From Parvularia atlantis (taxonomy: Eukaryota), in contig CALSCO010000975.1 of NCBI GenBank assembly GCA_943704415.1, positions 1 through 64,000 on the forward strand: 64,000 nt of DNA, read 5' to 3'. Position numbers and translations under genes: made by a program. Positions 1 to 11,050 of the stretch are shown here, piece after piece. The stretch's first letter is position 1, and each line of letters opens with the position of its first letter. Below the pieces are notes generated by a model. The model ran no database searches. It saw only the letters and a program-made list of their open reading frames with translations, and had not been told where the DNA came from.

Positions 1-1117
1 CCCCCCAAACAAACTCGCACCCTTGGTCAGACCGTCGCTATTGAGCGCCGCAAACAGGCCGCCCTTGGCCTCGCCTGCCGCGCGGTCAGCCCTGCTGCAC
101 ACAAGCCGGAAGCGGTGGCCACGCACCCGACGGCGCAGCGGCAGCCGGGGCAGCGGCCGGCTTGGCGGGGGCGGGGGCGGCGGCCGCGGCCGGGGCACTC
201 GCGCTGGCGGCCTTAGCGTCGCCGCCCTGGTTATTCCAGACGAGGCCGGTCGTGTGGTACTTCTTGACAAAGTCCTGGGAATGCCCGCGCGTGAGCGGCG
301 CGCGGCGAAGCGCGGCGCCGGCGCACCTGCAGCTCGGCCAGGATCTGCGGGAACGCCTTGGCCCAGTTCTTTTGCGTCTCGTCCTTGTCCTTGAACTCCT
401 TGAGCACGCGGTTCGTGTAAAACTCGGCGGCCTCCTTCATCTGGACGACGTGCGGCGCCGGCTTGGGCGACTGCGCGCGCAAGGGGGGCTGCTGAGCACG
501 GGCGCGGGCGGGCGGCGGGCGGCAAGGGACGCACAACCATCACCCAGCCGAGCGCGGGGATGCCCTCGGAGATGGCAGCGAGGTGGTTGGCCACGGCCGC
601 GGCCTTGCGGTTCTTGTCCTTGAACTCGACGGCCTCGGTCAGCGCGTCCGACGTGTTCTTGAGCAGGCTCGTCTGGCGGCGGCGGCGGGGCGCGCTCGCT
701 CACGTCAAAGGGGGGAGGGGCCTACGCGGCGCACCGCGGCGGCACGCACCACCACGCCCTGGTCCTTTGGGTCCTTGCTCTTGGCCGCGATCGCGAGGAA
801 CTCGCGCTGGGCGCGGAACGCGCGCTCGACGATCTGCGCATGCTGCGCGACCTCTCCGCCGATCTTGGCCGATAGGTCCAGGTACGTCTTGAGCGAGCCG
901 CTGACGATCTCGTCGTACGCCTCGACCATGGCGCTGCGCGGGGCGGCGCGTGTGTCGCGCGTGAGGCGGGCGGAGGAAGGGCGCGGTCACACGGGCCACC
1001 GCACCTGCTCGCGCCACCCGCACCAGCGGCCGGGGCGGCACCGCCCGCGGGCGCGTGCGCGACGAGCGACTCGAGGCGGGTCGTGGCAACCTCCAGGCGG
1101 GCGATGAGCGAGTCCAT
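1..1117 (-). CDS. CAP1: Adenylyl cyclase-associated protein (CAP/Srv2), 5' part; multi-exon, runs off the window start
   Basis: Exons read MDSLIARLEVATTRLE (RLE motif), MVEAYDEIVSGSLKTYLDLSAKIGGEVAQHAQIVERAF, SPKPAPHVVQMKEAAEFYTNRVLKEFKDKD, KYHTTGLVWN, then a polyproline stretch. Confidence 0.92.
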
Positions 1118-1210
1118 TTCCAGAGCGGCGGCGACGGCAGTGCGAATGCAGTCAACAGTACGAAAAGCGTGCTCGCTGATTGGTCGCTGTGGCCGTGACG
1201 TAGCCACCTC

Positions 1211-2531
1211 TCACTGGCTTTTGACCAGGCGCGCCCGCATCCGCCGCAGGTCCTCGTCCATCGCCTGCAGCAGCCGGTCGACGTCGTCCGTGAGGTGCGG
1301 CGGCAGCGGCGCGGGCGGCTCGCTTGCGGCGGACGGCGGCGGCGGGACGGGGCGCTTGCCGGGCGCGTTGGCCGTCGTCGTCGTCGCCTGTGTCAATGTA
1401 GGTGCAGGTGCAGGTGCTGGCACAGGTGCTGGCACAAGTGCTGGCGCAGGTGCTAGTGGTGCAGGTGCCGGTGGTGCAGGCGCAGGTGCAGGCGCAGGTG
1501 CAGGCGCAGCAGCGGTCATCGCGTCCATCGCGACCGGTCGCGCGATGGGCGGTCGCACGCGCCGAACCTTGTCACCGGCGGGGCGCGGCGTCGGGCGCGG
1601 CGTGGGTGCCACGGCGGGCTGAGCAGGGGCGGTTGCCACGACGGGCGCCGCAGCCAGGGCCGGCGCAGCGAGGGCCGGCGCAGCGGCAGCGGCGGGCGCC
1701 GGTGCTGCTGCTGTCAGGGCTGGCGTCGGTAGTTCCGCGGTCGGCACGTGCGCAGGGTCCTCGGCGGCTGGCGCGGTCACGGGCGATGACGACGACGCAG
1801 CGGCACCGCCCGCCGACCGGGCGACCTCGCGCGCCTTCTCCTCCATCAGCTCACGGAACGACTTGACGCCGGGCGTCGCCGCGGGCGCCGGTGCCGGCAC
1901 GGGCGTCGGCGCAGGGCGCGCAGCCGCAGCAGCGGCCACCTGCCGCTTGTTGGCGACGGGCACACGGGCGGGCCGCGCCGGCCGTCCTGCGGCCGCGGCC
2001 CCGGTGCTTGCCGCGGCGGGTGCGACGGTCAGCGGCGTGGCTGCGAGCAGCAGCGGCTGCGACTGCGTTGTGGCGGCGACGGACGCGGGCACGGCCACCA
2101 CGGGTGCGGGCGCCGGTGCGGGTGCCGCGGCCGGGCGCGGCCGCAGACTACCGGCGACGAGGACGGCGGCGCCGCGCGGCGGGCGTGGTCGGGCGCGGCC
2201 GGGCGCCGCCAGCGAGGCTGCTGGGCGCCCGCCGTGTCGGTCCCAGTCGGTGTGTGTGCCCGTACGTGCGTGCGTGCGTGCGTGCGCGCACCGTTGGGCG
2301 TGGAAGCGGGCGCGGGCGTCGCGGTTGCGGCGGGGCGCGCGGGAGTGGGCGGCACAACGGGCGTCGACACGGCGCCGTCTGAGGGGGCGCCGTCAGCAGC
2401 GGCCACGCACACGCACGGAGGGAGCCACACGCACCCGGCCGCGCACGCACGGACGCGCTACGCTGGCGCTGCAGCTGCTCGAACTGCATGCGCAGCCGCA
2501 GAAGCTCGGCTTTGGCTTCGGGTGTTGCCAT
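1211..2531 (-). CDS. Ala/Pro-rich low-complexity protein of unknown function with short helical ends
   Basis: First exon MATPEAKAELLRLRMQFEQLQRQR; long last exon ending DDVDRLLQAMDEDLRRMRARLVKSQ*; intervening intron structure only approximate. Confidence 0.55.
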
Positions 2532-2562
2532 CACGGTGTAGATTGCAAACTTCTTGGCACGC

Positions 2563-3391
2563 ATGCCAGCGGTGTGCGTCTTCCTCGCGTCGTCCGTCGG
2601 CAACGAGCCGCACTTTCGCGAGGCTGCGGCCGAGACCGGGCGCCTCGCGGCCGAGCGCGGCATGCCGATTGTGTACGGCGGCGGGCTGGTGCGCGCGCGC
2701 ATCAGCAACAACGCGCGCGCACCGTAAACAGGGCGCCGACGCAGGTCGGGTGTATGGGCGCGCTGGCCAAGAGCGCGCTGGCGGCGGGCGGGCGCGTCGT
2801 CGGCGTGATCCCCGAGTTCATGCGCAAGAAGGAGATAGCGTTGACGTGCGTACACCGAGGCAACCGCGTGGCTCGTTCAGACGGCGGCTGCGGCAGCGAG
2901 TGCACCGAGCTGATCGTCGTCGACTCGATGCACGAGCGCAAGATGCGCATGCACGCGGCCTCGGATGCGTTCATCGTGCTCGCCGGCGGCGTGGGCACGC
3001 TCGAGGCACGCGGCACGGCACCACAGAGCGCAGGGACGGTGACCGATCGCGCGCCCGCAGGAGGTCTTCGAGATCATCACATGGCGCCAGCTCGGCATCC
3101 ACCGCAAGCCGATCATCTTTGTCAACACGCACGGCTACTACGACCACCTCTTTGTGCGCCCAACGCGCATGCGCTGGCACACCTCACCGCGGCGCCCGTC
3201 AGGCGTTCATCGACCACGCGAAGCGGAGCGGCTTCATCCGTGGCGACTTTTACACGGTCGTCGAGACGCCGGCCGAGGCGTTTGCCGCGGTCGAGCGCGA
3301 GATCGCGCGCCTCTTGACCGCGCCGCCCGAGCCGTCCGAGGTGCTCGAGCGCGCACAGGCCGAGGCGCGGAGCTTGTCGAGCATGACGTGA
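2563..3391 (+). CDS. LOG-family nucleotide monophosphate phosphoribohydrolase (lysine decarboxylase-like fold)
   Basis: Spliced MPAVCVFLASSVG...IVYGGG...VGCMGALA...VVGVIP...MHERK...AFIVLAGGVGTLE|EVFEIITWRQLGIHRKPI, which are the LOG family motifs. Confidence 0.92.
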
Positions 3392-3426
3392 ACGCTGCTT
3401 TGTCACTTTGTGTGCCTCCATAGACG

Positions 3427-4124
3427 ATGGCGCGCACGGCCACGCTCGCGCGCACGACCAAGGAGACGGCTATCAGCTGCACGCTCACGCTGGATGGGAC
3501 GGGCGTGGGCGACGTTGACACGGGCATCGGCTTCCTGGACCACATGCTGCAGCAGCTGGCCAAGCACAGGTGCGATCGCGCCGTGCGTGCGCGTGTGCCG
3601 ATCGGCGCCGCGCGCAGCCGCATGGATCTCGCGCTCAAGTGCAAGGGCGACCTGCACATCGACGACCACCACACGAGCGAGGACTGCGCGATCATCCTCG
3701 GCCAGGCGCGCGCAAGCGGCACGTGCGACGTCGCTGACCGCGCCGCGACACACAGACCTTCGACAAGGCGCTGGGCGAGCGCAAGGGCATCACGCGCTTT
3801 GGCCACGCGTACGCGCCGCTGGACGAGGCACTGTCGCGCGCGGTCGTGGACATCTCCGGGCGCGGCCACGCGAGCATCGCGCTCGGCCTGCGCCGCGAGA
3901 AGATCGGCGAGCTGTCGACCGAGATGATCCCGCACGTCCTCAGCTCGTTCGCGACGTCGGCGATGCTCACGCTGCACGTGGACGTGCTCAAGGGCGAGAA
4001 CGACCACCACCGGGCCGAGTCGGCGTTCAAGGCCCTCGCCCTCGCGATCAAGCAGGCAATCAAGCTCGACGGCACGAGCGACGTGCCCTCGACCAAGGGC
4101 GTGCTCGAGCGCAACAGCGCCTGA
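3427..4124 (+). CDS. HIS3: Imidazoleglycerol-phosphate dehydratase
   Basis: [43 protein letters not shown] and [16 protein letters not shown]...PSTKGVL signatures; two introns. Confidence 0.97.
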
Positions 4125-4189
4125 GGTCCCTCGTGTCTCGCCTTGTGTGACTGCCCGTGCTCTGTGCGCGGTGCACTTCAGACGGCGAC

Positions 4190-6956
4190 ATGCTCGGCTC
4201 ACGACTCACAAGGCGGTGCCTGTCGGGCGCATCGCGCTCGGACCTGCTCGCCGTGAGCAGGGAGGTCGCGCAGGCGCTGCACGAGGGCCGCCCCGTCGTC
4301 GCGCTCGAGTCGACCATCATCTCGCACGGTCTGCGCGAGCGCGGGCGCGGCGTGGCGGGACGTGGCTCACGCGCACGCGCAGGGATGCCGTACCCGCAGA
4401 ACCTCGAGACGGCGCGCCGCGTCGAGCAGGCCGTGCGCCAGGCAGGCAGCACGCCCGCGACCGTGGCAGTCCTGGGCGGGCGCGTGCGCGTGGGTGCGAT
4501 GCGCCGGGGCCGCGGCGAGCGCGCGTCGCTGACACCGGCCGCCAGGGCTAACCGACGCCGAGCTCGAGGCCATCGCCCGCGCCGGCCCGCGTGCCACCAA
4601 GACGTCGCGGCGCGACCTGCCGTGGGTCTTGGCCAGGAAGAACGCGATCGGCTCGACGACCGTGTCGGGCACGGTGCGGGCGTGAGGGCGCGGCCCGGCA
4701 TGGATGGGCTCACACGTGAGCGCCGTCAGGTTGTCGCGGCGCACCTCGCCGGCATCCGCGTCCTCGCCACGGGCGGCCTCGGCGGCGTGCACCGCGGCGC
4801 CCAGGACTCGATGGACGTCTCGGCCGACCTGACTGAGCTGGGCCGCACGCCCGTCGCCGTCGTGTGCGCGGGCGTGAAGGTGCGCGGGACGCACGCGCGC
4901 ACGCAGACGACCGGGCCGACGCACAAACGCGCAGTCCATCCTCGACATCGGCCGCACGCTCGAGTACCTCGAGACGCAGGGCGTAGCCGTCGTGACGCTC
5001 GGCCGCACGCGCGACTTCCCCGCGTTCTACAAGCCGCGCTCGGGCTTCCTCGCACCGTATGCGACGGACGACGTCGGCCAGATCGCGGCGATGCTCAACG
5101 CGCAGCACGCGCTCGGCCTGACCAGCGGCGCCGTCGTGGGTGCGTTGCCGCGGCCCGCTCCGCCGTGCTCACGTCGCCGCGCAGCCGTGCCCATCCCGGA
5201 GGAGGACGCCGCTATGGGGTGCGTTCCGCCGAGACACAGCAGGCCCTCCTCGCGCTGACCTCTCGCCTGTAGCGTCGACCTGGCGATCCAGCAGGCCCTC
5301 GCGGACGCCGAGGCGCGTGGCATGCGCGGTGCCGACATTACGCCGTTCGTGCTCCACGCGCTCAACCAGCTGACGGACGGCGCGGCGCTGCGGTGCGCGC
5401 TTGTTTTCGCGTCGGGCGCTGCCGCTGCTGCCAGTAAATGAGCGCGCGCGAGCGCAGAGCCAACATTGCGCTCGTGCTCAACAACGCGCGCCGTGGCAGC
5501 GAGCTCGCCGTGGCCGTGCGTGTGGCTGCGCGCCCGCAGAAGCCCTGTTGAGACGGAACGTCACCGCAGATGGCCGGCAAGCCGCCGCCGAAGACGCACG
5601 CGAACACGCACGCGAACATGCACGCGAGCGCAGCACCGAGCACACCGCAGCCGCTCGTCGTCGGCGGTGTCCTGCGCGACCTGACCGCCCGGGCGCACCA
5701 GCTCGTGCGCAAGTCGTCCGCACCCGGCACGGTCAAGACGGCGTGGGGCGGCGTCGGGCGCAACGTCGCCGCCGCGATGCGTATGCTCGGCGCGCGGCCC
5801 GTGTTTGTCACGGCGGTCGGCGACGACGAGACGGGGCGCCAGTTTCTGCAGCACTGGAGCGGCACGCTGGGCCTGAGCTGCGACGGTGTCATGACGAGCC
5901 AGGGCAGGTGCGCGCGCGTCTGCCCCCATGCGCCGCGCGGCTGGCTGACGGTGCCACAGCACGTCCACGTATGTCGCTGTGCACGACGAGACGGGCGACC
6001 TCGACGCAGCCGTCGTCGATACGGTGGTGATAGACGGCCTGACAGCAGACGTGCTGCAGGCCAGCGCTCGCATAGGCGATCGTGTGCGCACCGCGAGCGT
6101 GCGTCCACCGCCGCAGCCGCGCTCAGCGAGAGTACTGATGACCGGCTCCCGGCGCCAGTTTGTCGTTCTCGACGCCAACCTGCCCGTGAGCGCGATGAAG
6201 ACCGTAGTTGCAGAGTGCTGGGCTGCCGACAAGGTGCGCGCGTTCACGGGCCGGCCCGCTGCCGCATGTGACCGGACGACCCGTGCAGCCGTTCGTGTTT
6301 GAGCCGACGTCCGTGGCCAAGTGCTCGCGCCTCGCACAGGCGGCGCGCATGCTCAAGCCCCTGCGAGCGGCCTGTGACCTGATCACGCCCAACGAGCACG
6401 AGCTGTGCGAAATGGTCTACGGCCCGAACGTGAAGCCAGACCAGTTGCGTGCACACTTGCGCACGCCGTCGCGCGCTCACGTGGCGTCGTCGCAGCTGGG
6501 ATGCGCGGGCCGTAGCAACAGCCGCCACGCGGGCGATCGACATCGGGTTCGCGCCCGTGGTCCTCGTCAAGCGCGGCGCACGCGGGGCCATGCTCGTCGC
6601 GCGCCCGGGAGCGGACCAGGCGCCCGTGGTGCTATCGCAGCCGTCATGTGCGACGCGCCCGCTGTGTCCCAATGCACGCTGACTTCTCGCGCGTGCAGAC
6701 GTGCAGGACCCGAGCGAGATCCGCAGCGTCACGGGCGCCGGTGACTCGATGGTGCGCAGCGCCGAACCCTCGCGCGACCCGCGGAATGACACACAATGCG
6801 CGCGCGCGCCAGGTGGCCGCCTTTGCGCTTGCGCTGTACCGCGACGGCAGGTCGCTCGACGACGCGTTGCGCATCGGGCTCAAGGCCGCAGCGCTGTCTG
6901 TGCGGAGCGACGAGGCCGTGTCACCACTGATGTCGCCCGAGCTGTTGCAGCTGTGA
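4190..6956 (+). CDS. Bifunctional pseudouridine-5'-phosphate glycosidase (PsuG/IndA) fused to a PfkB-family pseudouridine kinase
   Basis: PVVALESTIISHGMPYPQN, ATGGLGGVHRG, DVSADLTELGRTPV, SILDIGRTLEYLET; then the PfkB motifs GGVGRNVA, AVGDD, ITPNEHE, SVTGAGDS. Confidence 0.92.
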
Positions 6957-6987
6957 GCACCAACAAAGCAGACACAAAACGGCTGAC

Positions 6988-9500
6988 TCAGTGCGGGATC
7001 GGCCACGCCTCGCGCGCAAACGCGTCCTCGCCCGCGCGCAGCTCAAACAGCAGCGCGTGCACCTGCTGCGTCTGCGTGCGCGCGAATGAGCGCGTGCTGC
7101 ACGAGTCCTCGTAGCCGTGCACCTTGCTGCTGACCAACGCGTGCGTCTGCAGCAGGCCCGTGCACATGTCCTCGACCTTGAACTGCGACGTCTGTGCGCC
7201 GCGCAGTAAGGCTCGCGCGTGCCACGGCCGCAGCAGCAGCGCACCTTGGTCTTGCGCGCCTGGTAGGCCCACTTGCGCAGGAGCGCGCGCGAGACCTCGA
7301 ACGTCTGGTTTGGCAGCTTGACCGTGAAATCAGACGCATCATTGGCCTTCTTCACCTGCCGTCAAGCGGCCGTCGAGCGGCCGTCAGTACCGCGAGCTGG
7401 CCAGGCGCGCACGCACGCACGCACGCGCAGGACCACGCGCTCCCAGTCGCGCAGGCTGTCCACGGCGAGGTAGAACAGGTCGTCGGCCTCGCGCTCGGCG
7501 GAGCGGCTTGGTGGGTTCTGGAAGACGGCCTCCGAGGTAGCCGTGTCGCCGTTGACGTCCTGCCACGAGTGCGGTGATCAGCGCGGTGCGCATCCTGGAC
7601 ATACTGTACGCTCACCTCGATCGTGAAGCGCAGCTGCACGGGACCGAGCCGCGCCACCCACGCGCTGCACGCAGATCAGCGGCCGGCAAGGGCGCGGCAG
7701 CACACAGGGCGCACCGGTCGAACCAGCTGCCGGTCTTGTCCGGCGCGGGCACGCCGATGACCAGCTGCTGCCGTACCACGGCGTTCGGCTCGATCACAAA
7801 CGGCAGCTCGCCGTGCACGAGCGTGGCCGTCACGGGCGTCCAGTCGGCCGCGCCGGCCAGCTTGGCCTCTGCCCGCAGCTCGATCACCTGTGATGCAGCG
7901 AGGCTCGTCAGACGCGTGAACGCCGCGACAACGACCACGCACGCGAATGGCCGCCGTCTCGCCGCCGGCGTGCGCGCCGGCAGCCGTGACGCCCTGCGCC
8001 GTCGCCACCGACACGTCGACCGCGGCGAGCAGGCGCACGGCGTCGTCGACCGAGATCACGCGGTCGCGGACCATCTGCAGCACGAGCACGCGCTCCTGCT
8101 GCGACGCGGCCGCGCCCGACGCCGCTGGCAGCGGACGGCCCTGGTGGATGATCGACACGTCGACGACAAAGTTGTCGCTGCCGGCGCACGCCGTCAAATG
8201 CGGCGATCTTGCTGCGCGCCATGCGCACCTCTTAAACGGCGAGTTTTGCGGGTTGGCGCGGCACGGCTCCATGCGCTTGAAGCGCAGGTTGAGCGCGCCC
8301 GTGCACAACGTCGGGAACTGCGGCCGGGTGAGCGGTTCGGTCCACGTTGTGGTCGTCAGTCACGCACCGTCGGCTGCTCCTTGCGCTCGGCAAACGCCGC
8401 GGCCGGGAAGGGCGTGAACGACTGCTCGCGCGGCGGCAGCAGCTCGGGGTCGCTTGGCGGCGCGTCTGACGCCGCAGTTGATTGGGCGATCACGCGCACT
8501 GCGCCCGGCTCGCCCTTCACGGGGTCAAAGTCCAGCTCCTGTGCAGGGCATGTCAGCGCCGTGCGTTTGCTTGCACGGACACGCCGTGCCTTCTCCGTTG
8601 CGAGTGGCTGGCTGAGCGAGGACGCTGCCAAGCGCACGCCCGTCACACGCCCGCCGCCGACGAGCCACCACGCGCGCACGGCCCACTGGCTGTCGGGCGT
8701 GCTGCCGGGCCCACGCAATAAGCTCGGCACGTCGCCCGCCCGCGCAACTCCGTGTCGCACCTCTGGTCAAACTCGCCGGGGAGGTGGCCGCTGCCGCGGT
8801 GGACGATCTCGACTGAGCCGGCGGCCGCTGCTGTGGCGGCGTGCGCGACCTCGTCGGCCGTGAGCTGCGCCAGGAAGAGATTGAAGTTGCCCTGCGAAAG
8901 CGGTGAGCGCCCGTCAGCCCAGGCGCGCGTGAGTCCTTGTGCGGCGCGCGCGCGCCTTGGTGACGCCGACGTAGAAGCGTCCGTCGGCCGCGCGGCCGAA
9001 GAACGCGCGCTTGGGCATGTCGTCCTCGAGGTCCTCGGCCACGACCTCAAGCCAGTGCGTCTCCGGCAGTGTGCTGCGCGTTCGCGTTGGCCTCGCGGGG
9101 GAGGGAGACGCGTCGCCGCACCGCATCTGCTGGCCGATGTGCTTGAAGTACGTCGAGTACGGGTACTCGGTGTGGTGCGCGTCGCGGTGCACGCCACGGA
9201 TGCAGCCGCCTGCACCCCGCGCGCCATCGTCACGGGCTCGTCCGCCCCCGCGCCCCCGCGCCGCGCGCACCGTCGCGGTCCGCATACGCCGCGTCCCACG
9301 AGCGATGCTCCTTGCCGCAGCAGTTGAGCCGCGCGGTCCAGCCGCCGACGGGCTGCGCCGCGTGGAACTTGCACGCGCCCTCTGCGTTCTCCGACGCGCG
9401 GTACTCGACGCCGCACTGCGCGACGCGCGTCAACCCGTCGCACCGCGCGACGCAAACGAGGACGCACCTGGATGCACAGCAGGATGCGTTCGGCCGTCAT
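6988..9500 (-). CDS. Uncharacterised multi-exon protein with an N-terminal Cys/His (putative zinc-binding) motif
   Basis: Spliced MTAERILLCIQ|CGVEYRASENAEGACKFH...LNCCGKE...GCIRGVHRDAHH; typical introns throughout; ends FELRAGEDAFAREAWPIPH*. Confidence 0.7.
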
Positions 9501-9507
9501 GTTTCGA

Positions 9508-10981
9508 ATGTCGACACGCGCCGAGAGAGAGGCCGCGGCGGGCCTCAACCGGCAGCACCAGGCCGTGCTGACGGCGCTGCTGGCGCGGCCGGAGAACAGC
9601 GTATGCGCCGACTGCAAGAGCAAGGGTACGCGTGTGCGGCGGGCCGCGCGCGCGCGCGGTGGGAGGACGCTGCTGACCGCGCGCGCCGACCACGCCATGC
9701 GGCGCTGCCCGCGCAACGCCCGCAGACCCGCGCTGGGCGTCGTGGAACCTGGGCGTGTTCATGTGCATCGAGTGCTCGGGCGTGCACCGCTCGGTCGGGA
9801 CGCACATCTCCAAGGTCAAGTCGGTCAACCTCGACACGTGGACGACCGAGCAGGTCGAGAACATGCAGCGCTGGGGCAACACCCGCGCCAACGCCTTCTG
9901 GGAGGCGTACCTCCCGCCCACGACCAAGGCCGCCAGCATGTGCGCCGCGCGCGGCGTGTGCGGCGCCGGGTGTGGCCGCGGCAGCGTGACGCGACGCCGC
10001 GACGCCGCGACGCCACACAGGGGCCTCAACGCCTTCATCCGCGCAAAGTACGAGCGGCGCGAGTGGGCGCCCAAGGGCCCCGTGCCCGTCCCGCCGCTGC
10101 CCGGGGACGACGGCGGCGAGGGCGCGGCCGACGGCGAGGTGCGCACCCCGGCGACGATGGAATGGGCAGCGCGCTCACGAGCGCACCCGAGCAGCAGCCT
10201 AAGAAGAAGAAGGGCGAGAAGAAGCACAAGAAGGCGTCCAGCGAGTCGGTCGCACCCAGCGCCGCGTCGGCCGCCGTGGCCGCGGCCGAGCCGGTTAGCA
10301 GGGCCGCCGTGCAGGTGCCGCGCCCCGCGACCACCCGCAGCCAGGTCGGCATCCTCCTCGCCGACGTCGACTCGCCCTCGCCCTCGAGCGACCTGCTTGA
10401 CCTCGGCGCAGCGGCCGTGACTGCCGGGTGCGGCCTGCATGCCTTTGCCTGGCCGTGCCTGTGCACGACTTGACGCGGCCTTGCGCACCCGCACGCTCGT
10501 CGGCAGCGCCAGCAGATCGGCCTCGGCGCCGGTCGCAGCACGCACGATGTCGGCGTCGTCGGCGCCCGGGCGCGTCGAGGACTCGCTCGAGGACATGTTC
10601 CACGGCCTGACCGTGGCGCCGGCGCTCGCACCCGCCGCCGCCAGTAGCGCACCCGCCGCAGCCGGCGATCTCGCGGACCTGTCGCTCGGCCCCGCGCCCG
10701 CGCAGGCGCCCCCGCGCAAGACCGCGATGACCAAGGAGAACATCCTCTCGCTCTACATGCCCACGGCGGGCGCGAGCGCGTACGCGGCCGGGCGCATCGG
10801 CACCCCGCCCGTCTTTGCCTCGGCCCGCGCCGCCGTGCCGCCCCAGTTCCGCCCGTCGCTCGGTCCGCGCGTCGACACGCCGCCCGTCTTCGCCTCGGCC
10901 ACGGCGATGCCGCCCTCGTTCATGCCGCCGGCGCCGGCCGGCCTGCCCGGCGTGAGCGGGCGACCGCACGGGTGGGCGTGA
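9508..10981 (+). CDS. SMAP: ArfGAP of the SMAP1/2 type
   Basis: MSTRAEREAAAGLNRQHQAVLTALLARPENSVCADCKSK|..PRWASWNLGVFMCIECSGVHRSVGTHISKVKSVNLDTW; AFIRAKYE; DLLDL motif; TKENILSLY. Confidence 0.93.
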
Positions 10982-11050
10982 GCCGCTTGCTCCCTCTCTC
11001 TCTTTCGACCACTGAGGGTTGGCACACAAAACGACAAAAAGGGTTGTCTA

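Noticed and set aside
1395..1510. GCAGGT-type hexamer repeats resembling an array
   Set aside because: They encode the Ala-Pro repeat on the minus strand and have no spacers, so this is not CRISPR
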